DNA of 64,000 nucleotides from Camelus ferus (taxonomy: Eukaryota), in NCBI RefSeq assembly GCF_009834535.1, contig NC_045697.1, positions 66,528,001-66,592,000 on the forward strand, in the 5' to 3' direction. The first letter of the stretch is position 1. Every line of letters begins with the position of its first letter. A model generated the notes under the pieces. The model did no database searches. It worked only from the letters and a program-made list of their open reading frames with translations, and had not been told where the DNA came from. The translations under genes and the position numbers were made by a program. Shown here piece by piece: positions 38,423 through 51,569 of the stretch.

Positions 38423-41400
38423 TTTATATATTTACATTTAAAATTTTTTTATTGAAGCATAGTCAATTTACTTGTTTTGCTTGTATAGCATAGTGATTTA
38501 GTATTTTATGTATTACATACTATATTAACTCCATTAAGTTATTATAAAATAATGGCTGTAATTCCCTGTGCTGTACAATATATCACTGTTGCTTATTTAT
38601 TTTATACGTAGTAGTCTCTATCTCTTAGTCCCATTCCACTGTTTTGTCCCTCTCTTTGGTGGTAACCATTAGTTTTCTGTATTTGTGAGTCTGTTGTGCT
38701 GTATATATTTGTTTTATTTTTTAGATTCCACTTATAATTGATATCAAATATTATTTGGCTTTCTCTGCCTTATTTCACTAATCATAATGCTTTCTAGGTC
38801 CATCCACATTGCTGCAAATGGCAGAATTTCATTTTCTTTTATGACTAAGTAATATTCCATTGTGTGTGTGTATATATTTCACATCTTTATCCTTTTGTCT
38901 TTTGATGGACACTTGGGTTGCTTTCTATCTTTGCTATTGTAAATAGTGCTGTTATGAATATTTGGGTGCGTGTATCTTTTTGACTTTGTTTTTTTTCTGG
39001 ATATATACCAAGGAGTGGAATTGCTGGATCATATACTAGTTCTATTTCTAGTTTTTAAGGACCCTCCTTACTGTTTTCCATAGTGACTGCAGCAGTTTAC
39101 ATTCCCAGCAACAGTGACAAGGATTTGCTTTTCTCTGCATCCTTGCCAACACTTGTGGTTTTTTTGTTTGTTTTTGATGATACCCATTCTGACCTGTGTG
39201 AGGTAATATCTCATCATGGTTTTGATTTGCATTTCTCTAGTGTTTAGTGATGTTGAGCATCTTCTCGTGTGCCTATTAGCCATCTGCATTTCCTCTTTGG
39301 AAAAATGTTCAGTTCACATTTTTAAACTGGGTTGTTTTTTGATGTTGAATTGTATGAGCTATTTATATATGTTGGATATTAATCCCTTATTGCATATCAT
39401 TTACAAATATTTTCTTCTGTTCAGTAGGTTGTCTTCTCATTTTGTCAGTGGTTTCCTTTTCTGTGCAAAAGCTGTTAAGTTTAATTAGGTCTCATTTGCT
39501 TACTTTTGCTTTTATTTCCTTTAGGAGATGGATCCAAAAAAACATTGCGATGGTTCATATCAAAGAGTGTTCTGCCTAGGTTTTCCTATAGGAGTTCTAT
39601 AGTATATGGTCTTACATGTAGGTCTTTAATCCATTTTGAGTTTATTTTTGTATATTCTGTTAGAATGTTCTAATTTTATTCTTTTACGTGTAGCTGTCCA
39701 GTTTTCCCAGCATTACTTACTGAAGACTGTCTTTTCTCCATTATATTGTCTTGCCTCCTTTGTTGTAGATTAATTGACCATAAGTACATGGGTTTATTTC
39801 TGAGCTTTTTATCTGGTTCCATTAATCTATGTGTCTGTTTTTGTTCCCATACTACACTGTTTTGATTACTATAGCTTTGTAGTATAGTTTGAAATTAGCA
39901 TAATTCCTCCAGCTCTGTTCTTTTTCAAGATTATTTTAGGTATTTGGGTTTTATTTTGTTTCTCTATAAATTTTAAAATTATTTGTTGCAGTTCTGTGAA
40001 AAATGCCATTGCTATTTCAATAGACTGCATTGAATCTGTAGATTGCCTTGGGTAGTGTGGTCATTTTAACAATATTGAGTCTTTCAATCCAAGAATACAG
40101 TATATCTTTTCATCTTTTTTGTCATCTTCAGTTTCTTTCATCAGCGTCTTACAATTTTCAGGGTAAAGGGCTTGTAAACAAGACTCAGTCCTGCCTAGGA
40201 GGTTGAGCCCCCAGGTGCGGATTCAGGGCTCGGCCCTGCCCCCACCCGGGTGCTGTGCACAGGAGAATATGGCGGCTGTGGCTGTGCCCCGCTTCTCGCG
40301 AGATGAGCCAGTAATGGCGGCGCAGGTCTGAGGAGATGAAGGCTACGGCACCCCTCCCCCCAGGGCACACCAGCTGTGTTGCTTTGCTTTTTTTACAATT
40401 TATGGGGGACTGGGGTTGTTCTGCTCTGTATCCCCTCCCAGCCCCACAGCACACAGCCCCCTGCAGCCCCCCGGCACTGCCTCACTGCAGCCACCCCAGT
40501 CCTCCGCCCGGCTCGGGCAGCCTGCCCCGGCCCCCAGCTGCTGGCCCGCATCTTGGGCTGAGTGTCGCAGGGACCCTCTGTGCCTGTTTAACTCAGTTCT
40601 GTCGGTCAAGGGCTGCTTCGTACAGATCCGAGCCTCGGAGGCTCCCCCTCCATCCTGCTGGCCTCTCCGTTGGAGTGGGGAGACCCAGCGAACGAGCGTT
40701 ATTCCTCCTCTGCTGCTCCCTCCCCGCCGGACCCGTCCCACACTGTTCTGCTTTTTCTTTTCTTTTTTCTTTTCTCCTACTAGATTTTTGGCGTCTTTGT
40801 CTTTCGAAGAGGGCGATATTCTGTCGGAGTTCCACAGGTGCTCTGGTTGGCTGAGTGGTTCCATAGATGTGAGTTTTGGTGTATTTGTGGGAGAGGGTGA
40901 GCTACAAGCGTGCTACTCCGCCATCTTGCTTCTCTCTCCAGAGATTTTTCTTGTTTCTTGAGGAAGGCCTGTATCACTATAAACATTCCTCTTAAGACTG
41001 GTTTTGTTGCATCTCATAGATTTTGGTGTTTCGTGTTTCAATTTTCATTTGCCTTGAGCTATTTTCTGATTTTTCTCTGATTTCTTCATCGACCTATTGG
41101 GTTTTTAGTAGCATGTTGTTTAGCATCCATGTGTTACTTCTTTTCCCATATTTCTTTCGGTAGTTGATTTTTAGTTTCATATCATTGTGGTTGGAAAAAC
41201 TGCTTGGTATAATTTCTCTTCTTTTAAATGTATTGAGACTAGTTTTGTGGCCTAGCATGTGATCTGTCCTGGAGAACGTTCTTGTGCACTTGAAAGGAAT
41301 GTGTTTTCTGTCATTTGGGATGTAATGTTCTATAGATAACCATTAAAACCAACTGGTCTATTGTGTCATTTAAGACCACTGTTGCTTTACTGATTTTTTT

Positions 41401-43434
41401 CTCTGGATGATCTGGTTTATTGATGTAAGCAGTGTGTCAAAGTCTCCTTCTATTGTATTGTTGTCAGTTTCTCCCTTTATGCCTGTTAGTATTTGCTTTA
41501 TAAACTTAGGTGTTGCTGTATTGGTTGTGTATGTGTTAATGAGTGTAATATACTCTTTTTTCTGTGAATCCCTTTCTTATATAATGCCCCTCTTTGTCTT
41601 GTGTTATAGCCTTTGTTTTAAAGTATTGCTATTCCTACTTTCTTGGTTTTGTTTACATGAAATATCTTTTTTATTCTCTCCTTTTCAGTCTGTGTGTGTT
41701 TATAGTTCTGAACTGGGTCTCTTGCAGGGAGCATATAGATGGATCTTATTGTGTTGTTTTGTTTTTTGTTTTGTTTTTTTAATCCAATTAGCCACCCTAT
41801 TTCTTTTGGCATTTGAAGTAAATTACTGATAGTCATGTATTTATTGCCATTTTATTACTTGGTTTCTTTTTCTTTCTTTCTTTCTTTTTTTTTTTTTTTT
41901 GTAGTTCTTCTCTAGTCATTTCTTTTTGAATCTCCCCTTGTGGTTTGATAATTTTCTTTAGTAGTATGCTTGTATTCCTTTCTTTTTAGTTTTTGTGTAT
42001 CTGTTATAGGTTTTTGATTTGTGGTTACCACAGGGTTCATATATGTTGATCTATAACTTTATTTACCTGTTTTAAACTGGTAGTCATTTAAGTTCAGATA
42101 CATTCTAAAATATCTGTATTTTTACTCCTTTACCTCACTTTTTTTTTTTTTTTGGTATCATGTTTTACATTTTCATGTTTATGCCGTCACTGTTTATTGT
42201 AGTTTTAGTTTGCAATTTTTTGTCTGTTCCTCTTCATACTGGCTTATTTAAATGGTTGATCCTCAGTTCTTTCTATGTATTTGCCCTTCCTAGTGGGATT
42301 TTCCCTTTCCTGTAGGTTCTTTTTTCTTTTCCACATAGAGAAAGCCCTTGAGCATTTCTTTTAGTGTATATTTAGTATCAATGGACTCTTAGTTTTTGCT
42401 TGCCCTGTGGAAGTGAAGTCTCATCCCAGATTGCTGAAGCAGAAACCCTCAGTGTTGGCCAGAGCTGGCTCTCTTCCCTTTCCTGGAGCTGTGACCTGCG
42501 TCCGAGAGCAGGGGAGAGCTGCAGTGGGGGGCCCACTGGGCTTCCACCTCGTGTCCACTGTAGGCGGAGTGCACGGCTGTCTCTGATGCATTGCCTGTGT
42601 AGGCATGTGCAGTTGTTTCTCTAGCCCTGCTCAAGCACAGTTTCTGGTCCAAGTCCTCTTTGTCACTCATAGCTAATCGCTGACTCCAGCCCTTGCCCCT
42701 GCTCTGATGTGGAGTGTCACTACAGGACAGGTAGGGCCCGTGCAGGCTCTTGGATGTGAGCTGTGGTGGAGTGACCTCTATCAGAGTTCTGGGCCGCTTC
42801 AATGTGCTGCTTGAGCAATCACCAGTAATGGCTGCCATTACCCCACCCAGGCTCTGTCCTGGGACTAGGTCGCCTCTGTGTATCTGGCCAAGGTTTCTCC
42901 TCAGCTGTGGCAATCCTAGATCCTAGTGCCATGCTATAACATGGCGTAAGTAGAGCTGGAGCGTTTTCTCCACTTGAGCTGGTGCACGTGCTGAGGCAGT
43001 TACGGGAAACCTATTTCCACGCTCTCTGCCCTGCCTCGGGGCAAGTCAGCATGTGTGCTCCTCATGAGTGGAGTCCAGGCTTCCCACAGCTTCCCTTCTA
43101 GTTCCAGCAGTCCTCCAACCAGCCAGGGAAGCTTGTCTCCCCTGTGTGGGACCCCAGATCTGGGGCACCCAATCTGTGGCTCTCACCACTTACCCCCATG
43201 GCAGGTCTCTGCCTGTGTATTCTGCCATTTCTTCTGAGTTTCTCCCAAGGGCGCAGGTTCTTTTCTTCCTATTTAATTACATGTAAATATTTCTTATAGC
43301 CTTGATTGTACAGGAGTCTTTCTTCCAGTTTCCAATTCGTTTTCTGTGAGAATTGTTCCACATGTAGATGTATTTTTGATGTGTTTGGGGAGAGGTGAGT
43401 TCCACATCCTCCTACCTCCATCTTGATCAATCTC
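38423..43434 (-). mobile_element. Older LINE-1 with both termini, internally deleted (most of ORF1 and the RT core missing), inserted into an L1ME fragment
   Basis: 5' end 'gatcaagatgg' (reverse complement near 43430). ORF2 start at about 41850 with endonuclease motif KKIFHVNK..KVGIAIL. ORF2 C-terminus MQIKTMMRYYLTQVRM at 39068-39289. Candidate TSD tctttttggtatttta (38407-38422) / tatttttagtatttta (43435-43450), 14/16 identical. Confidence 0.9.
40170..40939 (-). mobile_element. 5'UTR (promoter) segment of a younger LINE-1 nested in the older L1
   Basis: Reverse complement starts 'ggagagagaagcaagatggcggagtagc...ctcaccctctcccacaaatacaccaaaactcacatctatggaac', an L1 5' end with a YY1 motif (AAGATGGCG) homologous to the 43434 end but with many intact CpGs. 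Confidence 0.8.
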
Positions 43435-43450
43435 TATTTTTAGTATTTTA

Positions 43451-43960
43451 GTCTTCCCCTTTTACTCTACACGTGTTTTAGATTGGTCATAATTATTGTA
43501 TTTTATAGTATAACAACATTACAAAAGTATAATTTTAATGACTACTTAATGTCACATCCTTCTGTTGTACAATAATTTCCTCAGCCAGTCTAATACTGTT
43601 AGGCACTTTGGTTGTTTTTTTATTAGAAGTAATGTTGAGATGAACACTTCTGGTATATGGCTGTTTATATGGTCATGATTTTACCTTAGGCTATTCACCA
43701 ATGGTGGAATTTTAATGATTCAAGGAAACATACGTTGTAAGGTTCTAGACATATGCTTTCAAAATCAGTGTCTGAAGAGATTGTGCTTATTTTTGTCAAC
43801 AGTGGCAGTGTGTCAGAGTTCCTGTTTTATTTTACCATTTCAATATTGACCTTATATTTTCAGAAGTTTTTGCTAATTTGATATTTAAAAAAACAATTCT
43901 GTACTTCTTTGATTATTACTATGGATCAACCATAATAAATCCATTTGGCCACTGATTTTT
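43451..43960 (-). mobile_element. L1ME-type 3' fragment (continuation of the piece at about 38330-38422)
   Basis: 'aggcactttggttgttttttta...gatgaacacttctgg' and 'caacagtggcagtgtgtcagagttcctgttt' are ancient L1 3' end text interrupted by the 5 kb L1. Confidence 0.55.
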
Positions 43961-45877
43961 TAATTATAATTTTTATGATATTTTAATCAAATTTTAGAGT
44001 AGCAGTGTGGTATGGGCACATGAGGGGAACTTAATAGATGCTTATTGCTTGAGTACTTTATGTAGCTAGGACATGATGTAAAATTGTTCTCATTGACATT
44101 TTCTATTTTCACCTTCTTTACACCATTATAATAAAAAACCCTTCAAGTTCACTGGAAGTGAGGTTACTGTTGCTCTGAGAAATGTACAGTAATCAGTTCT
44201 TTTATAATATATAAGCTTCAGATGATAACACTTTCACGTCTCTGAGGGTCATGCTGACAATAAGTTAGGGTAAAAGCAACAAATATTAAGTTCAGCTGTT
44301 TTTCCTTGATCACTAAATATTCTCAGTAAATGCTTTTTTCCAAGGATGTTTTTTCCCTCTCTTTTGTATACACTGTACAGTCCCTCCCTGCCAACGTGTA
44401 GAAAAGAGAAACAGTACTTTGCATGAATAATTTTCTTTCCCCTTTTCTTTCTAAAACACACTTGTTTTACTCTTCAGAAACAGTGGTCAAGGATCTGAAG
44501 GACTCAAGAATACCAGTCAGCTTCCTACTGTAGGAAAACGCTTTTGCATCAAGCTGGTCTCTGCTGGTATCCAAGATTTGAGGCAGAAGTATAGCCAAGT
44601 GTTTACCCGTGGGGAGCAGGAGGGACTCCGGTGGCTGCTGTTATTTTACTTTAGAACCTGAATTCTTAAAAGGAAGGAAGCAGGTGTGTCAGGGCCACCT
44701 CTCAGTTGTTTTGCAGTTGTACAGAACCACAGAGAAACAGGTGAATTTATAGCTTTTTTTAAAACCCTACATCAGGTTGGCTGTGGAGTAAGATCCAAAT
44801 GGCACAGTCTCTTTTTTTCCTGTCTTATGTGCTTTAAAATGAAACTCTTAAGGAACAAGGAGAGAAAATTATACAGGCTGTTGCTGTCTATCAACTCAAG
44901 ATACATAGCTTTTTGAGTCAAGTTCTCTTATCACTGTATATGTTGGCATATATTTGCTTCCAGTCCAAGTGAAGTATTTTTACTATTTTGTGTTAAAGAC
45001 CTGCTACAATTTGTTCCACGCTTGTTGGGCATTTTTTGTCTTTAATGAGTACCATATTAACTTGATAACACTATGAATAGGTATATAACCATATATTCCC
45101 AATAGTTGAATAGGTCATTTTGTTCCTGTCTCTTGGAGTAGTGTCTAGTCGTTTTCCAGGATTAGAAATTCAGTGCAGGGGAGAGAAGGTATAAATTTGG
45201 TGTGTGAATGGAAACTAGCAGTGGATTGTGTTATTGTCCAAAGGTCAGAAATAAAGCAAGATTGAGATGCAAGCCTACATCAAATGTCTCATCACAGAGA
45301 CAAAGCAAACACAATTTGATTTGTATTTTAAATTAAAAAATCTTTAAAAGTCTGTTATTAAAATAGATAAAATATACTGCATACCTATAAAGATAAAACC
45401 TAAACTGTTTTTCTTGAAGCTGTTGATTACAAGTAGTCAGAACAAATATGCCAAGTATGCAGGTCTCCTGGGGTTGCATGGTATTTTCCCCCTTGTGTGT
45501 TGAGTGGCTTCCTCAGTGTCAGGTACATAGTAGGTAGTTAGCTGATGCTAATTGGGCTAGTTTGGCATGATTTTTTAAAACAGGGATGAGATGTCTTTAT
45601 TATATATATTATGTATAACATACAATTTATTTTTTGTAATTTATATTATATATTTATATGCTTAATAGAAAGCAGGAAGCAAATATCTTATATATAATTA
45701 TATATAATGTGTGTATAAAATTCTTTTGTAGTGCATAACATAGTGTTAGGAAGATTGGGTCGAAGATTTACTGGTTACAAGGAAAAATCAGATGTTTATG
45801 ATTCCCTGTGAAGTGAGAAGAAGGTAGTATAATAAAGGTGATTATTATTAAAGTTCTCAAATTACTAATTTTCAGAC

Positions 45878-46260
45878 TCAGTATGTTTAGTTACAGTAAG
45901 GCTAACAGTTGCATAATGATATCTCATAATGTATCATGCTCAACCATTAGAAGAAATAGAAATATATTTCTTATTCACATAGAGTTCAGAACAGATTTTC
46001 TGTCTAGTGGATGGTTCTTGGAGTAGTGATTCAAGGACTCAGGCTGATCTTTATGGCTCCATCATTTTACATGTATGGCTTCCATGGTGCTTCTGTGCTT
46101 CAAGGCAGCTGAAGGGAGAGACCAGGGGAGTTACATGTTGGAGGTTTTCATGGACCAGGCCTGGATGTGCTTCACATGCCTTTGCTCCATCCCATTGGCT
46201 AGAACTTATTCGTAGGTCCTCACCTACCTGCCAGGGACTAGGAATCTAGGCTAGCTATGG
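45878..46260. mobile_element. MaLR solo LTR (MLT1K/L-like)
   Basis: 'gtgattcaaggactcaggctg', 'ccaggcctggatgtgcttcacatgcc' and 'cccattggctagaactt...cacctacctgccaggg' are MLT1 hallmarks. Confidence 0.7.
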
Positions 46261-46879
46261 GCTAGACCATAGATAATCAACGGCAACTCAGTCTTCTTTC
46301 GTCACTGTTTCATTCATGAATAAAATGACTCTAATAGGGCCATTATACTCCAGTCCAGGCTGATTATTAAGAGAATTAATGGCTCTTTTAAAAAATCAAA
46401 GTTATACTGAGTGTTTGAATACAAAATTCCTAAGTTTAAGAACTGCTAAGCTTTGATACCTTGGTCGTGACAACTTTCTCCAGGACCAGGGAGGGAACCT
46501 TTGAATCCAAATATTTTCTCTGTGTAAAAGGCCCACCCACAATAACATTCACTTGCAGAAGGAAATGATTTATTGCTCCCTGGGAATGAGTGCCAAAAAA
46601 AGTTTTCTACTGAAATGTGGTGCCAGTATTTCCATATAAACACAATTTTACCATATTCAGAGGTGTGGAAATTTATTTTTTCCATAGAATTTATAGGTTT
46701 TGAGATGTAAAGAGTCCTCATAAAGTCCTTGTGCTGTCTGAAAACGTGAAAATATTTAACTTTTATAGTTCAAAAATTTATGTTGTAGAAATGATAGAAA
46801 CAATATCTAGAGGACGTTTAAAGCTTTTTTTCTTCCAGGTTACTTGGTCTGCTTGGCAAAAGATATTGTTTTATATTCT

Positions 46880-47480
46880 CATTCACTAAACAGACATTTA
46901 TTGGGCACTAGGTGTGTGTTGTGTGATGGGCAACATTTATTAGCCAGTTTGGGGAGAGAAACTCTTCATCTATGACTCAACACATAATCCATCCTGTTAC
47001 AGAGGAAATGGTGAAGGAAGAAGACTGATGTTTTTGAGGAGAGTTTCTGAAGTTTTTGTAAAGAAGATAACATATCTTGGCCTTGAATAATCCATTGGTA
47101 TTTGCTTGGAATAGAAAAGGTTAAGAGTATTCAAGGCAAAGAAGAGCATGGGCCAAAGTGATGAACGTTTTGACAATTCATGACATGACCGGGATCTTGG
47201 AATTTGTTTTGAAAGGCTGGAAGTTTGGCAGTTTGGGGAGGGATTGTGGGATGTGTGTCTTTCCCAATAGGCTGGACTGGTTTTGTAGATCAGACTGAGG
47301 CTTTTAGCTTTTTCTCTGTAGGCACTAGGTAGGTATGTGAGTTTTTAATTTGGATGATGATATAACCTGTATTTCAGATCTGTGTTTTAGAAAGATAACC
47401 CTGTTTGCTCTGAAAATGTGTTAATGTTGAAAAGACCTGAGGCAGGGAAGAGAGGATGAGGATGGTCACTGGGAGTGGAG
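46880..47480 (-). mobile_element. LINE-2 fragment
   Basis: 'cattcactaaacagacatttattgggcactag' tail and 'cagatctgtgttttagaaagataaccctg'. Confidence 0.65.
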
Positions 47481-47949
47481 ACCTCAAGATGCCTGGGGGA
47501 GAGAGTTCACAGATAGAATTGCCAAAAGTGTGTCAAAAATGTGTCATCATTTAGTTTCCGAAAGTGGCTTTTTGGTTTATCATGAGAAATTGAAAAGATA
47601 ATAAGGAAAATTGAATAGTGTATGTGACTCAAACTTTAATAAATTTATTTTACATACAGTGGCTAGATTTTACATTATATACTAAACACAGGAAAGCAAA
47701 TAAAAGCTAAAAACAGACAAGAAGATTAAGACAACCTGTATTGCTTCATATTGTAAAAATGATGTTTTACCTGAAGGCTTCTTGCCTAGCTTCATCTCAT
47801 GTAAGGGTTTTAACCACTGTTTTAATTTTAGTAGCAGATTGGTTAATTACACATGTGTGTTCAGAGATGAGCAGGTCATGAGGACAAGTTATAAAACTCC
47901 TGCCTGTGTGCAGTTGAATATTCTCTTAAAGGAGACAGTATGTTAAATA

Positions 47950-48670
47950 AACAAGACATTCTACATCCAGTGGCAGGTGGTCATAACAGCTATGGAGTCT
48001 AAGAAAGGAGGGCAGGGGGCATGTTGGAGAGACCTGAAGGTCATTCTGAAACAAGCTGTCCGGATTCCTAGAGAAGGATTTCCAAGTAGAGGGAAAAGCC
48101 AATACCGAGACTGAGGCAGAGACTTCGGGTCCTGCATGTGAGGAACCTCTGGAATGGCAGTGGGGCTGGAAGAGTGTGACAGAGGGAAGGAGATGGGGCG
48201 TGGGAGGGAGACGGAGGCTGCATCACTGCAGCCTTGTAGGCTGTTGTTGGGCTTGGGCACTTTCCCTGAATTAAACAGGACAGAGAGTTTTGTGTAGAGA
48301 TAGGACATCTATCTGACTGAACTGTTGAAGGCATTGGCTGTTACGTTGAGAGAAGACTGTAGTGGGTGGCGGTAAGGGGGCTACCTTGACAATCTAGTTA
48401 AGAGAGAAAATGGTAGCTTAGACCAAGAGCGTGAGAAATGATCAAACTCACTGTGTATGCTGGCAGATTGCATGTGTGGTATGAGAGAGAGGAGTCAAGG
48501 GTAACACCAAGGTTTTTGGCCTGTACAACTGGAGGAATGGAGTTAGCGATGTCAAGATGAGGAAAGCCAGAATGTGGGTTGGAAACGTCAGGAGTTTGGT
48601 TTGAGGCATCATTATGTTGCTTTGTCTATAAGACACACAGGTGGAAATGCTAAGTGGGCAGTTGTCAAGG
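47950..48670 (-). mobile_element. LINE-2 fragment
   Basis: 'gagagaggagtcaagggtaacaccaaggtttttggcctgtacaactggaggaatggagtt' and 'caggtggaaatgctaagtgggcagttg' are classic antisense L2a text. Confidence 0.85.
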
Positions 48671-49149
48671 AGACTACCCTGGAAGTCTGAGAGTCAGAGT
48701 TTGAGTATGTCGTGATTATATTTGGAGAAAAAAATAGAGTTATTTTAAAACTGGTCACAAATAACTCAAATATTGTCTGTTCATAAATATTTAAACAGAT
48801 TATAACATTTTAAAATGAATAGGGACATTTTGTAATGACAAGAAAAAATAGAATGTTTCTATAAAAACAGAAAATAGAAAATTAAAAAAAATTTTAGTGA
48901 CCTTTTCCTGTTTTATTCATATTAAAATTCTTTAAAAAAAAAAAAAACCCCACACATTCTCATTTTTATAAACCTAGAATTTGGTAAAGAACTTTCTCTA
49001 ATTTGGCTCAGAAAGTAAGCTTTCCTGAATCCACAGCGTGTTACTGCCGTATGTAAACATTATGCTTACTGATTGTTTACCTATGTCCTTATTCTGCTTT
49101 CCAGTAATAAGAGTTTTTGACAGGGTCACACAGTGAGTGCCAAAGAGCA

Positions 49150-49385
49150 GAACTGCTTGGTTGTTAAGAGTGTGGGCTCTGGAACACATCCTAGCCTTGC
49201 ACTTTATTAGCTGGCTGAACTTAGGCAAATTACTTACCATCCCTCTGCCTTGATTTCCTTATTGGTAAACTACAGATAAAGCAACTGTAGGATTGTGGTG
49301 AAGATTAAAGGTGTTGAAGCATATAAAGTCCTTAGAACAGTATGTGGCCTACAGTAAGTGCATAAATGTTAGCTATTATTATCTG
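49150..49385 (+). mobile_element. MIR SINE, near full length
   Basis: 'gttaagagtgtgggctctggaac...ttaggcaaattactta...cttagaacagtatgtggcctacagtaagtgcataaatgttagctattatt'. Confidence 0.85.
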
Positions 49386-50024
49386 CTATTGATTCAGTGG
49401 TTATGTGTCAAAATTTATAGTGGGCACACTGCATGTATTATTTTACCACATAATTTTGAACTATTTTCTCCACAGAATATATTTACTGCATAAAATAACA
49501 GCATTAATGGGAAACTAAATTAAAAAAAAATTAGTGTGAACTCTACCACCTCAAATTAATGAGGTATTTTTTTTCTTAGTCCGTCTTAAACATGTTCACT
49601 TGCATATTTAATGTATCTTTCTGTCACTTTCCATGTTGTAACATGGTCATAATGATTATATGTTTTAATGTAACAAAAATTACTTGGTTATACCTCTGTT
49701 GATGGATATTTGGACTATTATAATTATAAATGGTGCTGTTAAGTAATATTAGGAATTACGCATTTTTTCCAGCAAATAATTCTCCTTTATTTCATTTTTT
49801 TCACTTATTTCCTGAGGTTATATTCCTAAAAATAGAATTACTAGGAAAAAGAATGACTGCTTTGAAACATTTTGCTAAATTTCTGTTAGAACTCTGCAAC
49901 GTCTCCTCCTGATGTATAGTCAATATCAGTAATACTTTTTGTTTTGCTAACTTAGTGGTTATTGGTAATATTGGCAAATCAATATTGGAAATGTTTCAAT
50001 AATCTTATTTTTGTTAATTTGATG

Positions 50025-50250
50025 GGACATGGTGATAAAGAATATGGGTGCTAGAATTAGGCTGTCTGGGTTCAAATCCCAGAATCACCCCTCACTAGAT
50101 GTGTGATCTTGGAAAGGTTACTTATCTATTCTAAGCATTGGTTTTACTGGTCTCTAAAGTGTGAAAAATGCTGTTTCCCGCCTAATGGGGCTATTGTAAG
50201 GAGTAAGTTAGACAATGTGTGTAAAAAGAGGGCAGTGTCTGACATTTGAT
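50025..50250 (+). mobile_element. MIR SINE
   Basis: 'ctgggttcaaatcccag...gtgtgatcttggaaaggttactt'. Confidence 0.8.
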
Positions 50251-51569
50251 AAGGTTACTTTTATTATACTGAATTTTTCTGTACTTTTGCCTAATGTAAA
50301 CAGTTATGTCAAAGAGTTCATATTTGTTTACGTTTTTTATTCTGTGTGGATTTTTTGGAGGACTTAGCCTTTTTTATGCTAAACAATGACAAGTTCGAAG
50401 ACTATAGTAAATGTATACATTTTATCTGGTGTTTTGGCATTGTGTGGTTTCTTCAGTCTGTTGATTTTTCTGTCTTTTACTTCTGTTTTATTTAAAAATA
50501 TGTGTGTCATTACAACCCGTCCTCATATCTGATAGTTTTAGTTGGTGCTAGTACTTACATAATTTGAACTGTTTGGATGTAACTCTCATTCTGTTTGGAA
50601 TTTGTTGTAAAATGTGAAATATGGATCTAAATTAGTATTCCTAAATTGTTGACCATTATTCTTCCCATTGCCATTGTTTTTCAATAGCACAAGTTATTTT
50701 TCTATAGAAATAAAAATCAAGATCTGAAATGCTTAATAGAAATCTAGCTATCACATTGTTTTCTGCAGTTTATCTTATAAAAAGTGAATTTCACATTAAT
50801 TCATCTTACAACTTAGAAGGCACGTCTATCAAGGAAAACAAAATGATCCAGACTCATCCTGTTCTGAAAGTCTGTTATTGGAAAAGAAAGGTGTAAGTAA
50901 CTTTCCTTCTCCACATGTCTGTCCGTGTAAAGACAGTGATTTCACACTTGTCAAGTCCTTTGAGAATTCATGGCCAGGATAGAAGACAACAGTTTGATTC
51001 TAAGAAGAGCGTACCACAGAATCCCTAGAAATTTTGTTTTCAGGCACTGACCTTTTCAAATACTGTGCCATTTTTTTTTTCATCGTTTCAGGAATTTCCC
51101 CTTTTCATCCCTTGATAAGTTCAGATTCTGGCTCTTCTATTTCTTAGAGGTTTGTGGCCTTTGACATATTAGCCTAAAGGCCTCGGCTTCTTTTCCTGGT
51201 CTGCAAAATGGGAATCCTAGTATCTCCCCTGTAGGCAGAGCTAATCATTGGCCATGTGCTATTGTTGCACTCAGCTGGTGTTACTCTGATGAGTGCCTGT
51301 GTCTCGTGAGTTGCTAAGTGCTTCTAAAATTTCTTCCAGGGTTACTGTGAGGATGAGAGATAGTATCTACTCTGTGCTCCAAGTTCAGTGGGATGATGGG
51401 AGATACAAGCACCTCAGGAGAAGGTATCAGGATGATGCTGAGAACCTTCTCTGATGACTCCACTCTTTTCTCTTCCACCCACTTCTCTGGGAAGCTTCTC
51501 ATACTGGATGGAATGTGTTATATGCCTCAAATGCATTGGGGTGGAAAAAACTCGAAACCACAATTCTCA

